Shown here: positions 19,359-29,119 of the stretch, piece by piece
Numbering within the stretch: position 1 is the stretch's first letter
Layout: every line of letters starts with the position of its first letter
Assembly (NCBI GenBank): GCA_965208575.1
Contig: CBDBOV010000006.1
Span: 800,001-864,000, forward strand
Source of the DNA: Spirochaetia bacterium
GTDB taxonomy: Bacteria > Spirochaetota > Spirochaetia > SZUA-6 > Bin103
Length of the DNA: 64,000 nucleotides
Direction: 5' to 3'
Position numbers and translations under genes: made by a program
Notes under the pieces: generated by a model
What the model was told of the DNA's origin: nothing
What the model saw: only the letters and a program-made list of their open reading frames with translations
Database searches by the model: none

Positions 19359-20230
19359 CTGAATTCCTTACAAGGCTGGTCAAGGAGAAGCCACTGAGCA
19401 TCGTCGCCGGGGTGGTCATCATGTTGTTGATCCTGGTGGCGATCTTTGCCGATGTTCTGGCCCCGTACCCGCATGACGAAGTCAACATCGTGGACCGGAT
19501 GCAGCCGCCCTCCAACCGGTATCTGTTGGGCACCGACCAGTTGGGGCGCGACCTGCTCAGCCGCCTCGTGTTCGGCGCCCGGATTTCGCTGACCGTCGGC
19601 TTGGCGGCGACCACGGTCAACGTCGTGGTGGCGGTGCTGATCGGCGGCATCTCGGGATTCTTCGGCGGCAGACTGGACCTGGCGATGCAGCGCTTCGTCG
19701 ACGCCTGGATGGCGTTCCCGGGCCTGCTGCTGTTGCTCACCATCATGTCGCTGGTGGGGCGGGGGCTGCCGCAGATCATCGTGGTGCTGGGGGTAACGGG
19801 CGGCATCGGCGGCTCGCGAGTGGTCCGCGGCGCGGTGATCGGCGTCAAGGAGAATGCCTACTTTCAGGCGGCCGAGGCGATCGGCGGCACCCGGTGGAGA
19901 ACCCTGATCCATCACGTCCTGCCCAACATCGCGGCTCCGGTGATCATCATCTTCACCATCAACGTGGGTGGCGTGATCATCAGCGAGGCTGCGCTGAGCT
20001 TCCTGGGATTCGGGCTGCCGATCTCGGTGCCGAGCTGGGGCGGGATGCTGAGCCGGGAAGGGCGCGAGTTCATGGAGGTGGCGCCGCGGCTGGCGCTGTG
20101 GCCGGGGCTGTGCCTGACGATTGTCGTGTACTGCCTGAACATGTTCGGCGACGCGGTGCGCGACCTGCTCGACCCGCGGCTGCGGGGCGGCGGCGGCCGT
20201 CTCGGCGCCGATCGCGCTGCGTCAGTGTAG
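19355..20230 (+). CDS. ABC permease, DppC/OppC-like
   Basis: LGTDQLGRD, YFQAAEAIG, PSWGGML, FGDAVRDLLDPR; start taken at ATG 19355. Confidence 0.94.
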   Translation: MTEFLTRLVKEKPLSIVAGVVIMLLILVAIFADVLAPYPHDEVNIVDRMQPPSNRYLLGTDQLGRDLLSRLVFGARISLTVGLAATTVNVVVAVLIGGISGFFGGRLDLAMQRFVDAWMAFPGLLLLLTIMSLVGRGLPQIIVVLGVTGGIGGSRVVRGAVIGVKENAYFQAAEAIGGTRWRTLIHHVLPNIAAPVIIIFTINVGGVIISEAALSFLGFGLPISVPSWGGMLSREGREFMEVAPRLALWPGLCLTIVVYCLNMFGDAVRDLLDPRLRGGGGRLGADRAASV

Positions 20231-20546
20231 GGTAGCCCGCTGATCGGGCGGCTGTGAGGCGGGCAGCCGCGCGCCGTGCGTGAACGAGACGGTGGGCGCG
20301 CCGATCTGGAAGCGAGAGCGCACTTCCGCCGCAACGGCATCGCAGAACACCAACTCCGGATGGCTGCAGGGGACGATGGAGAACCACCGGGAGCAGGAGC
20401 GTGACACGGGGCGGACTTTATGCAGTAGCGGCGACGCGGTAAGATGAGGCGATGGTGCACCGTGACGACACGGCGGTTGACAGCCCGGCAGGGCGAAAGA
20501 CGGCTGTGTCAGGCTGCATGACTCCAGCGGGTAACAGGATCTACCA

Positions 20547-22094
20547 ATGACGCGACGACGGCTGCCCATCGGCATCCAGACCTTCCGCGAGTTGCGCGAA
20601 GAGGACTGCTACTACGTGGACAAGACCGGCTACATCGATCGGCTGCGCCACGAAGGCAAGCATTATTTCCTGTCGCGCCCGCGGCGGTTCGGCAAGAGCC
20701 TGTTCCTGGACACGCTGAAGGAGCTGTTCGAAGGCAGCGAGGAGCTGTTCGCGGGGCTCTACATACACGACCGCCACGACTGGTCGGAGCGCCATCCGGT
20801 GGTGCGGCTGAGTTTCGGCGGCAGCAGCTTCACGGAGCCCGCACATCTGCACGCCAACGTGCTGGCGCAGTTGGAGGGGGCGGCGGAAGAGCACGGTGTG
20901 AACGTGCGCTACGCCACTGCGCCGGAGCGGTTCGCGCATCTGCTCAGGACTGTGCACGCACGCGCCGGGCAGCGCGTGGTGGTGCTTGTCGACGAGTATG
21001 ACAAGCCGATCCTGGACGCGCTGGAGACGCCGGAGGTGGCGCGCGCCAACCGCGGCTATCTGCGCGGGCTGTACGGCGTGATCAAGGACAGCGACGCGCA
21101 CGTGCGGTTCGCGTTTCTCACGGGCATCAGCAAGTTCTCGAAAGTCAATCTCTTTTCGCAACTGAACAACCTCACCGACATCACGCTGGATCCGGTGTAC
21201 TCCTCGATCTGCGGCTACACGGAGGGTGACCTGGAGACGGTGTTCGCCCCGGAACTGGCCGGCCTGGATCGAGAGCGGGTACGCGAGTGGTACAATGGCT
21301 ATAGTTGGCTGGGCACGGAGAAGGTGTACAACCCGTACGACGTGCTGCTGCTGTTTCGCCGCCGCAAGTTCGCCGCCCACTGGTTCGAAACCGGGACGCC
21401 GGCGTTTCTGGTGGACACGCTGTTTCAGCGACGGGTGGCGTCGGTGTCACTGGACCAGAAGGTGAGCACGGAGGAACTGCTGTCGACGTTCGACGTAGAC
21501 CGAATCGGCACCGAGGCGTTACTGTTCCAGACTGGCTACCTGACGATTACGGGGGAAGAGGAACTGGGCGGGGAGGCGCTGTATCGGCTGGGCTATCCGA
21601 ACCGGGAGGTGCGGCAGAGTCTGAACCGGGTGCTGCTACGCCATCTCGTGCAGGACGCGGAGGGGCAGACGGCCAACAGCATCCGCCTGGCGCGACTGCT
21701 GGATGCGCACGACTGCACCGGCCTGAAGGAACTGTTCCACGCCTTCTTCGCGAGCATTCCGTATCAGTGGTACACGAACAACCACATCGCCGACTACGAG
21801 GGCTTCTACGCGAGCGTGTTCTACTCCTACTTCGCCGCGCTGGGGTATGAGATCGCGGTGGAGGAATCGAGCAGCCACGGGCGGCTGGACATGGCGGTGC
21901 GCACGAGCGGGCACGTGTACCTGTTCGAGTTCAAGGTGGTGGAGATGGCGCCGCCGGGGTCTGCGTTGGCGCAACTCCAGAGCCGGGACTACGCGGCCAA
22001 GTACCGTCACTTGAACGAACCGATCCACCTGGTCGCCGTGGAGTTCAGCCGCGAGACGCGCAACGTGACGGCGTTCGAGGTGGCCGACGGCTGA
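20547..22094 (+). CDS. AAA-ATPase-like protein with PD-(D/E)XK nuclease domain
   Basis: LPIGIQTF, YYVDKT, SRPRRFGKS, LVDEYDKP, WYNGY, YNPY, YPNREV, GRLDM...LFEFK. Confidence 0.92.
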   Translation: MTRRRLPIGIQTFRELREEDCYYVDKTGYIDRLRHEGKHYFLSRPRRFGKSLFLDTLKELFEGSEELFAGLYIHDRHDWSERHPVVRLSFGGSSFTEPAHLHANVLAQLEGAAEEHGVNVRYATAPERFAHLLRTVHARAGQRVVVLVDEYDKPILDALETPEVARANRGYLRGLYGVIKDSDAHVRFAFLTGISKFSKVNLFSQLNNLTDITLDPVYSSICGYTEGDLETVFAPELAGLDRERVREWYNGYSWLGTEKVYNPYDVLLLFRRRKFAAHWFETGTPAFLVDTLFQRRVASVSLDQKVSTEELLSTFDVDRIGTEALLFQTGYLTITGEEELGGEALYRLGYPNREVRQSLNRVLLRHLVQDAEGQTANSIRLARLLDAHDCTGLKELFHAFFASIPYQWYTNNHIADYEGFYASVFYSYFAALGYEIAVEESSSHGRLDMAVRTSGHVYLFEFKVVEMAPPGSALAQLQSRDYAAKYRHLNEPIHLVAVEFSRETRNVTAFEVADG

Positions 22095-22109
22095 CGCCGG
22101 CGCGGCCGG

Positions 22110-23297
22110 TCAGCGTGCGAGTACGGACGGGGCCAGGTCGCCGATCGAGGAGTTGAGGTCGTCGTCCTGGTTCGGGCAGGAGGAGTCGACGTGGCCCGGG
22201 TTGGCGGTCGGGGGCAGCGGCGTGTCGTACTGGTAGCCGGGCTCGGTCTGCTGCCGCTTCCAGGTGGCGCGCAACTCCCGGAACGCCGCGACCGCGTTCT
22301 TCGCCACCGGCAGGTCGAACTCGATCGCCCTGCGCAGCTTGCGCAGGTTGTAGCACGGCACGCCGGCGTACATGTGGTGCTCCAGGTGCCAGTTCATGCG
22401 CCAGTACATGAACGACGACACCGGGTCGAGCCAGATGCTGCGCGTGCACTTGCGGAAGTCGGCCACGTTGTCGCGCAGCCCGCAGTGCATCGGCAGGAAC
22501 ACGAACAGGCGCCACCAGTTCGCCAGAAACCGGGACAGCGTGATGAACACCGGCAGCAGCCAGAGCTGAAACACGATCGCGGCCGCGATCACCGCGGCGT
22601 GGAACAGCAGGATCTTGCGCGCCCAGCGCACCGACTTGATGCGTTCCTCGGGATGCGCCTCGTACAGCGCCGCCATCCACTCGTGGGCGTCCGGCGTCAG
22701 CGGCTCGGTGTCGCCGGCGGCGTCCTTGGCCGGCGGCTTGCCGAGCGCGGTGTTGATGGTGTCCCTTACCCGTGGGATCAGTCCGTCGCAGCCCGGCCCG
22801 CCGGTCAGGTTGACGCAGAACAACTGGATGATGAACAGCACGCGCACCGCCGCCGACTGCGGCAACACCACTTCGCGGTCGCCCTCGGGGTGCAGCGTGT
22901 AGCGGTGGTGGTAGGTGTGGCTGAGCGCGTAATCGTCCGGGTTGAAGAAGGTGATCAGCGAGAACAGGCGCAGGAAGAACCGGTTCAGCGCCTTGGTGCG
23001 GAACACGGTGCCGTGATCGAGTTCGTGCGACGCCGCCCCCAGAAAGCAGGAGTAGGTGCCGTACGCGAACAGCGAGACGGCGAACAGCGCCCACTGCCGC
23101 TGGGCGAAGAAGTAGTACGTCAGCAGGGCGGTGCCGGCCAGGTAGCCGATCACCCCCAGCGCCTGCCACCAGCCCTGCAGGTCGCTGCGCCGCATGAGCT
23201 GCCGCAGCAGCCCCGGATCGATCGGGCTCCGATACCACTTGACGCGCAGCGTACGGCGCACGTCGGCCAGGGGAGGACGCGTAATGCTCACAACCAC
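22110..23297 (-). CDS. Fatty acid desaturase-family (membrane di-iron) protein
   Basis: Three His boxes HELDH, HTYHH and HLEHH plus hydrophobic segments. Confidence 0.88.
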   Translation of the reverse strand: MVVSITRPPLADVRRTLRVKWYRSPIDPGLLRQLMRRSDLQGWWQALGVIGYLAGTALLTYYFFAQRQWALFAVSLFAYGTYSCFLGAASHELDHGTVFRTKALNRFFLRLFSLITFFNPDDYALSHTYHHRYTLHPEGDREVVLPQSAAVRVLFIIQLFCVNLTGGPGCDGLIPRVRDTINTALGKPPAKDAAGDTEPLTPDAHEWMAALYEAHPEERIKSVRWARKILLFHAAVIAAAIVFQLWLLPVFITLSRFLANWWRLFVFLPMHCGLRDNVADFRKCTRSIWLDPVSSFMYWRMNWHLEHHMYAGVPCYNLRKLRRAIEFDLPVAKNAVAAFRELRATWKRQQTEPGYQYDTPLPPTANPGHVDSSCPNQDDDLNSSIGDLAPSVLAR

Positions 23298-23378
23298 CAG
23301 CGTTTACAACCCGGTGCCCCGGCTGTCAAGTCCCTTGTGGTGTGGTGGTGGTGTGCCGGGCGGCGGGTGGCGGCGTGG

Positions 23379-25115
23379 TCAGGATCCACGCGCGATGGTC
23401 AGCAGGTGGCCGGGCTCGATGCCGGGGACGGCGGAGGTGGCGCCGTCGGGCCAGGTCACGGTGAGCGCCAGCGGTCCTGGATCGGCGGGGAGCCCGAAGT
23501 GGACGCGGGCCGGCTCGCTCGACAGGTAGCCGCTGGCCACACGCACCTCGCGCAGGTAGGTGGCGGACGTGGAGGCGAGCTGCAGCCGGGCGCCAATCGC
23601 GCGCGGGTTGGGCGAGCCGGGCCAGCGCAGGTCGACTTCGACGCTGGTGCCTGGCGCGCCGGCGGTGGCGCCGCACACCTGGTTCTCGAACAGGATCGCC
23701 GGGGCGGCGACGTTGTTCACCACCAGGTCGAGGTCGCCGTCCAGGTCGAGGTCGGCCATCGCCATGCCGCGCCCGCCCTCGGTGGCGGCCAGCCCCCACT
23801 CCGGGGCCGGCATGAAGCCTGCGGCGCCGGTGTTGCGCAGCGCCTGGTTCTCTTCGATCAGCTCGGCGCCGGGCAAGTGTTCGAACACCATGCCGATCAT
23901 GCCGTTGACGGCGTACACGTCGAGCAGGCCGTCGTGGTCCAGGTCGCCGAACTGCACCGACCAGGTCCAGCCGGTGGCGGCCAGCCCGCGCTCCGGCGCC
24001 CGGTTGACGTAGCTGCCGTCCGCGGCGCGCACCTGCAGCACGTTGGCCACAATCTGCACCTCGTCGCCCTGCTCGGGGCGCTGCCCGTTCCAGATCGGCG
24101 CCCACTCTGCGTCCACGTCGGCGCCCTCGCGGTAGGGCTGCATGTCCGCCGCCAGCAGCTCGACGGTGCCGTCGTTGTCGACGTCGCCCTCGGCGTAGCC
24201 CATGGTGTTGAAGGTGGTGTGTAGGAACGGCTGCCCCAGGCGCCAGCCGAACTCGGTGTTCAGGTAGACGTAGTCTGGGGTGTCGTAGTCGTTGCCGACC
24301 AGGATGTCGCGGCGGCCGTCGTGGTCCAGGTCGAGCAGTGCGATCGCCAGCGCCTCCGCCTGGCGCGCCAGCGGAAACGAGCGCAGCCGCTCGCCGGTGT
24401 TCTCGTAGTAGAACACGCCGCCGTCGAGCGGCGTCCTGGTGTCGGTGCCGGCGGCGAAGTTGAGGTACACCTCCCGCATGCGCAGCTTCTCCAGTTCGGC
24501 GTCGTACGACGCGCCCACCAGGTCCAGGTCGAGGTCGCCGTCCAGGTCGGCCCAGGCCATGGCGTAGATCGGGAACCAGCTAATGAAGTCCGCGTCGTCC
24601 GGCACCGCCGCGAAGGAGCGCTCGCCCACCCCGCGCCACCACTGCGGCCGCCGGCCGGAGCGGGTCACCGCCAGGTCCATGGCGCCGTCGCCGTCCAGGT
24701 CGAGCGCGTTGATCGCGCGCGTGGCCTCCGCAGCCATCTCGACGCGCTCGAAGCGCAGCCCGCCGCGGTTCCACAGCAGCGTGACCGGGGCGCGCAGTCC
24801 GGCGAGGGCGATGTCGATCAGGCCGTCGCCGTCCAGGTCGGCGAGCGCCACGCCGGCGCCGTTGCCGTCGAACATCAACGGCGGGTCGCCCTCCATCAGC
24901 GTGGCGTGGGGCAGGTCGTGGCGCACGAACCCTCCGCTGCACGCCGGCGCGGCCGCCCACGGGGTGCGCGCAACCTCCACCGGCACCACCTCGGCGCCGG
25001 CCGCGGCCGCGGCAAGCAGTCCGGCCAGCGCCACGGCGGCGCCGACAACGCCCGGCGAGGCAAGGTTGCGCGGCCTGCAGCCGAGGATGGCAGGAATGCC
25101 GGTGCAGCGGGTCAC
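23379..25115 (-). CDS. CRTAC1-like secreted protein (FG-GAP/VCBS repeats plus ASPIC/UnbV); start uncertain
   Basis: Repeated DxDxDGxxD Ca-binding motifs; C-terminal NPRAIGAR...GYLSS...VHFGL...VTWPDG; hydrophobic signal-like segment near 25000-25050. Confidence 0.85.
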   Translation of the reverse strand: MTRCTGIPAILGCRPRNLASPGVVGAAVALAGLLAAAAAGAEVVPVEVARTPWAAAPACSGGFVRHDLPHATLMEGDPPLMFDGNGAGVALADLDGDGLIDIALAGLRAPVTLLWNRGGLRFERVEMAAEATRAINALDLDGDGAMDLAVTRSGRRPQWWRGVGERSFAAVPDDADFISWFPIYAMAWADLDGDLDLDLVGASYDAELEKLRMREVYLNFAAGTDTRTPLDGGVFYYENTGERLRSFPLARQAEALAIALLDLDHDGRRDILVGNDYDTPDYVYLNTEFGWRLGQPFLHTTFNTMGYAEGDVDNDGTVELLAADMQPYREGADVDAEWAPIWNGQRPEQGDEVQIVANVLQVRAADGSYVNRAPERGLAATGWTWSVQFGDLDHDGLLDVYAVNGMIGMVFEHLPGAELIEENQALRNTGAAGFMPAPEWGLAATEGGRGMAMADLDLDGDLDLVVNNVAAPAILFENQVCGATAGAPGTSVEVDLRWPGSPNPRAIGARLQLASTSATYLREVRVASGYLSSEPARVHFGLPADPGPLALTVTWPDGATSAVPGIEPGHLLTIARGS

Positions 25116-25173
25116 AACGCAAGCAAGGATGCCACACTCGCACTCCGGTGGACACCGGGAATGGCTGGGGCGG

Positions 25174-25227
25174 GCGGGTGGGCCCGGGTGAGTCGGGTGA
25201 GTCGACGCGCGGTTGCGCGTCACCCGC
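25174..25227 (+). ncRNA. Diverged third instance of the SBP leader core hairpin
   Basis: Stem GCGGGTG/CACCCGC encloses GCCCGGGTGAGTCGGGTGAGTC, compared with GCGGCGTG-AGCCCGGGTGAACCCGGTGAGTCA-CACGCCGC in copy B; about 160-210 nt upstream of the SBP start. Confidence 0.4.
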
Positions 25228-25383
25228 GGCGGGTATAGGATGGGGGCTTTACACGGGAGGCGTGCGCTTGGGGGAGCGGTTCGGCGTTGCCGTGGCCGCG
25301 TACTTGGCCCGACGCGGGCGCAGGCGCGCAGCACAGCACTCCACGTCATCGAGATCGGGATCCACTCCCGAGGGAGTCAACGC

Positions 25384-27168
25384 ATGTACATGCGAGTAAT
25401 GAGGCAGGCTCTGGTCATCGTCACGGTGATCGCGGTTGCCGCGACTGGCGCCTGGGCCGCCGGCGAGGATGAAGAGGGATCCGAAGCGATGGCCGAGAAG
25501 GCGATGGTCACCGACCCGAGCAGCGGCAAGCAGTTCACCGCGCCGCAGTACGGTGGAACGATTACCATCGCACACTTTGCCCACACACTGGCAGTGGACA
25601 CCTACAGCGGCGGCCCCGCCGTCACCCACATTGCCGGCGTCGTCGAGAAGCTGGCGATGATGGACTGGGCGGTGGACCGCGACACCTGGGCGCTCAACTG
25701 CTTCTGCGGTCCGATCGAGTACATGCGCGGCCAGCTTGCGGAGAGCTGGGAGCAAACCGATCCCGTGACCGTAACCGTCAAGCTGCGCCCCGACATCTAC
25801 TGGCAAGACAAGGAGCCGGTGAACGGGCGCCAGTTCGTGGCCGACGACGTGGTCTACAACTACACCCGCTACATCGGCCTCGGCGACGGCGATGCCAGCC
25901 CGTTCATCGATCGGCTCGGCAACATGTCGTGGGATTCGATCACCGCGCCCGACGATCACACGGTGGTGTTCAAGCTTCAGGAGCCGCACGCGTGGTTCCT
26001 GTACGACCTGTTGTGGCACGAGGTCACTGCGATTTACGCGCCGGAGGTGATTGAGGCGGGCAACGTGACCGATTGGGAGGCTCTGGTGGGGACCGGCCCG
26101 TTCATGCTGACCGATGTCCAGGAGGGCAGCAGCCTGGCCTGGGAGCGGAACCCGAACTACTGGGGCCACGACGAGAAGTATCCGGAGAATCAGCTTCCCT
26201 ACCCGGATGCGTTGAAGGCGCTCGTCATACCGGAGCCGGGCACCCGTCTGGCGGCATTCCGTACCGGCCAGATCGACCTCGGGTTCTCCCAGCACGGTGC
26301 GTCGATCCGTACCCCGGGCGACCTGGAGGGGCTGCTGCGCACCAATCCCGACATGCAGTACGGAATCTACAACTTCCGCAGCGACTACCTGTTCATGATC
26401 AACGTCGAGAACCCGCCCCTGGACGACATTCGGGTGCGGCGGGCGCTGCAGCTCGCGATCAACCTGGATGAGATCAACGACGCGCTTTACGACGGGCAGG
26501 GCAACGCCACGCCGCGCTCGATGAGTGCGCACGTCTGGGTGCCCCCGTACGAGGAGTGGCCGGAAGAGTTGCAGTTCTACTTCAAGTACAACCCCGAGCA
26601 CGCGGAGGAGCTGTTGGACGAGGCGGGTCTGCCGCGCGGCGCCGATGGCACGCGGGTGACGATCGGCGCACTTATCGGCGGCGTCGGCACGCTCGACGCC
26701 ACCTACTGGGAGCTGGTGCAGGGCTATTACGCGGACATCGGCGTTGAGCTGGAGCTGCAACCCGAGGATGGCTCGATCTACGCCGACCGGATGGCGGCGG
26801 TCCAGTACGACCTCGGCATGTCGGAAGGAACCAGCCAGATGATCGAGGAGCACCTGGTGGGCCGGTTCTACGGCGACGGCACCAACCAATGGCAACCCAA
26901 TACCGTCGACCCCGAGTACAACGCGCTGATCGAGGAGATGCGCGCGGCCACCACGCTCGACAAGTACGCCGAGCTTTGGGGCGTGGCGAACCTGTTCCTG
27001 TTGGAGAAGCAGTGGATCATCACCGCGGTGGAACCGCCGCAGTGGAACATCGTCCAGCCGTGGATCCAGGGCTGGAACGGCGAGAACATGCTCGGCCGCC
27101 ACCAGTACGTCGAGCTCTACGGGCGCCTCTGGATCGACCAGGATCTCAAGGATCACTACTTGAACTAG
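25384..27168 (+). CDS. ABC transporter substrate-binding protein, family 5
   Basis: SD GGGAG before ATG 25384; signal ...TGAWAAGEDE; PQYGG, LAESWE, LVGTGPF, RNPNYW, VRRALQ. Confidence 0.93.
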   Translation: MYMRVMRQALVIVTVIAVAATGAWAAGEDEEGSEAMAEKAMVTDPSSGKQFTAPQYGGTITIAHFAHTLAVDTYSGGPAVTHIAGVVEKLAMMDWAVDRDTWALNCFCGPIEYMRGQLAESWEQTDPVTVTVKLRPDIYWQDKEPVNGRQFVADDVVYNYTRYIGLGDGDASPFIDRLGNMSWDSITAPDDHTVVFKLQEPHAWFLYDLLWHEVTAIYAPEVIEAGNVTDWEALVGTGPFMLTDVQEGSSLAWERNPNYWGHDEKYPENQLPYPDALKALVIPEPGTRLAAFRTGQIDLGFSQHGASIRTPGDLEGLLRTNPDMQYGIYNFRSDYLFMINVENPPLDDIRVRRALQLAINLDEINDALYDGQGNATPRSMSAHVWVPPYEEWPEELQFYFKYNPEHAEELLDEAGLPRGADGTRVTIGALIGGVGTLDATYWELVQGYYADIGVELELQPEDGSIYADRMAAVQYDLGMSEGTSQMIEEHLVGRFYGDGTNQWQPNTVDPEYNALIEEMRAATTLDKYAELWGVANLFLLEKQWIITAVEPPQWNIVQPWIQGWNGENMLGRHQYVELYGRLWIDQDLKDHYLN

Positions 27169-27176
27169 GCCTGGTC

Positions 27177-27219
27177 GAAGGCCGCGTTGCCCGCATGTTT
27201 CTCGGGTGACGCGGCCTTC
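27177..27219 (+). terminator. Strong intercistronic hairpin between SBP and permease
   Basis: GAAGGCCGCGTTGCCCG...CGGGTGACGCGGCCTTC, with no T tail. Confidence 0.5.
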
Positions 27220-27233
27220 AGGCGCCGCCAGTC

Positions 27234-28202
27234 ATGACCGCATACCTGATACGGAGGGTTCTCCTCCTGGTCCCCACGGTGTTCCTGGTGACCGTGCTGG
27301 TGTTCCTGATGGTGCGGTTCATCCCGGGGGACGTGATCGACATGATGGCGGAGCGGGCGATGCGCACCGGCGGCGGATCCTTCATGGTGGATCGCGAGGC
27401 ACTGGAGAAGGCGCTGGGACTGGACAAGCCCGTGCACGAGCAGTACGCGGTCTGGATCGGGAACATCGTCTTCAAGGGTACGTTCGGGATGCCGTTGACC
27501 GGCGGCAGCTACCTGATCGAGGAACGGATCGCGCGCCGGCTGCCGATTACCGCCGAACTGGGCATCCTGGCGCTGCTGATACAGTTGGCCATCGCGCTGC
27601 CGGTTGGCGTGTACTCGGCGGTGCGCCAGGACACCGGCGGCGACTACGCCGCCCGCACCGCCGCCGTGATCGGGCTGGCCGCGCCCAATTTCTGGCTGGC
27701 GATGCTGATCATCATCTTTCCCTCGATCTGGTTCCAGTGGCAGCCCCCGATCGAGCACGTGTCGTTCGGCGCCGACCCGCTCGGCAACCTGTACTTCTTC
27801 CTGTTTCCGGCGCTGATTCTGGGCACGGCCGGGTCGGCCGGCCTGATGCGGCTGACCCGCACCATGATGCTGGAGGTGTTGCGCCAGGATTACATCCGCA
27901 CCGCGTGGGCGAAGGGACTCAGGGAACGGGTGGTGGTGGTGCGGCACGCGATCAAGAACGCGTTCATTCCGGTCGCCACTTCGATCGGGATGGACCTGCC
28001 AAGGCTGGTCGGAGGGGCGGTGATCATCGAGAACGTGTTCAATATTCCGGGCTTGGGGCGCCTCGCCGTCGACGCGCTGCAGTTGCGCGACTATCCGACC
28101 ATATCCGCATTGAACCTGGTTGCCGCGCTCACGATTACCGGGGTCAACCTGATGGTGGACCTGGTCTATCCCTATCTCGACCCCCGCATCCGGTACCGGT
28201 AG
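27234..28202 (+). CDS. ABC permease, DppB/OppB-like
   Basis: YLIRR...IPGD; EVLRQDYIRTAWAKGL; LDPRIRY. Confidence 0.95.
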   Translation: MTAYLIRRVLLLVPTVFLVTVLVFLMVRFIPGDVIDMMAERAMRTGGGSFMVDREALEKALGLDKPVHEQYAVWIGNIVFKGTFGMPLTGGSYLIEERIARRLPITAELGILALLIQLAIALPVGVYSAVRQDTGGDYAARTAAVIGLAAPNFWLAMLIIIFPSIWFQWQPPIEHVSFGADPLGNLYFFLFPALILGTAGSAGLMRLTRTMMLEVLRQDYIRTAWAKGLRERVVVVRHAIKNAFIPVATSIGMDLPRLVGGAVIIENVFNIPGLGRLAVDALQLRDYPTISALNLVAALTITGVNLMVDLVYPYLDPRIRYR

Positions 28203-28210
28203 GGCCTGCG

Positions 28211-29119
28211 ATGGCGACGTCGACAGAGCAGGCCGGCCGCAACGTCTCGAACGTGCCCGCGCGCCGGCACCCGGGCGTGCTGTTTCTGCGCAAGCTGGCC
28301 CGGAAGCGTCTCGGCATGGGCGGCGCCGTGGTCGTGCTGCTGCTGATCCTGGTTGCCGTGTTCGCGGAGCAGATCGCACCGTACCACTTCAACGAACGCA
28401 ACATCGGCAACCGCCTGCAGGCGCCGTCGGCAGAGCACTGGCTCGGCACCGACCAGATCGGTCGCGACGTGCTCAGCCGCCTGATCGTGGGCGCGCGGCT
28501 GTCGCTGCTGGTCGGGTTGGGCGCGACGCTGCTGGGGGTGGTCACGTCGCTGTTCCTGGGCACCCTGTCGGGGTTCGTCGGCGGCAAGCTGGACATGACC
28601 ATTCAGCGCTTCGTGGACGCGGCGATGACCATTCCCGACCTGTTGGTGTTGCTGACCATGCTGACGATCTTCGGGCGCGGACTGCTGCAGTTCATCCTGG
28701 TGATCGGTATCTGGGGCGCCATCGGCGGCTCGCGTACCATCCGCAGCGCCGTCATCGCGATCAAGGAGAACGCCTACTTCGAGTCCGCGCGGGCGGCCGG
28801 GTCGCCGGTCTCGCGCACCCTGTTGCGGCACGTGGTCCCGAACCTGATGCCGCTGGTCATCATCGGCTTCACCGGCGGCATCGGCTACAACATTCTCACC
28901 GCTGCCGGGCTCAGCTTCCTCGGCTTCGGCCTGGACATCGGCACCCCGGACTGGGGCAGCATGCTGAGCCGTGAGGGCCGCGCGTACATGGAGTCGGCGT
29001 GGTGGCTGGCGATGTGGCCCGGCCTGCTGCTGACCATCGCCATCTTCAGCTTCAACATGTTCGGCGACGCGCTGCGCGACCTGCTCGACCCCCGCCTGCG
29101 CGGCGCCAACGTGCGCTAA
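28211..29119 (+). CDS. ABC permease, DppC/OppC-like
   Basis: 3' part of ORF 27206-29119; WLGTDQIGRD, YFESARAAG, PDWGSML, FGDALRDLLDPR. Confidence 0.94.
   Translation: MATSTEQAGRNVSNVPARRHPGVLFLRKLARKRLGMGGAVVVLLLILVAVFAEQIAPYHFNERNIGNRLQAPSAEHWLGTDQIGRDVLSRLIVGARLSLLVGLGATLLGVVTSLFLGTLSGFVGGKLDMTIQRFVDAAMTIPDLLVLLTMLTIFGRGLLQFILVIGIWGAIGGSRTIRSAVIAIKENAYFESARAAGSPVSRTLLRHVVPNLMPLVIIGFTGGIGYNILTAAGLSFLGFGLDIGTPDWGSMLSREGRAYMESAWWLAMWPGLLLTIAIFSFNMFGDALRDLLDPRLRGANVR

Noticed and set aside
20231-20546. Possible small minus-strand ORF or remnant in the spacer
   Set aside because: No recognisable motif, so it cannot be supported without a search.
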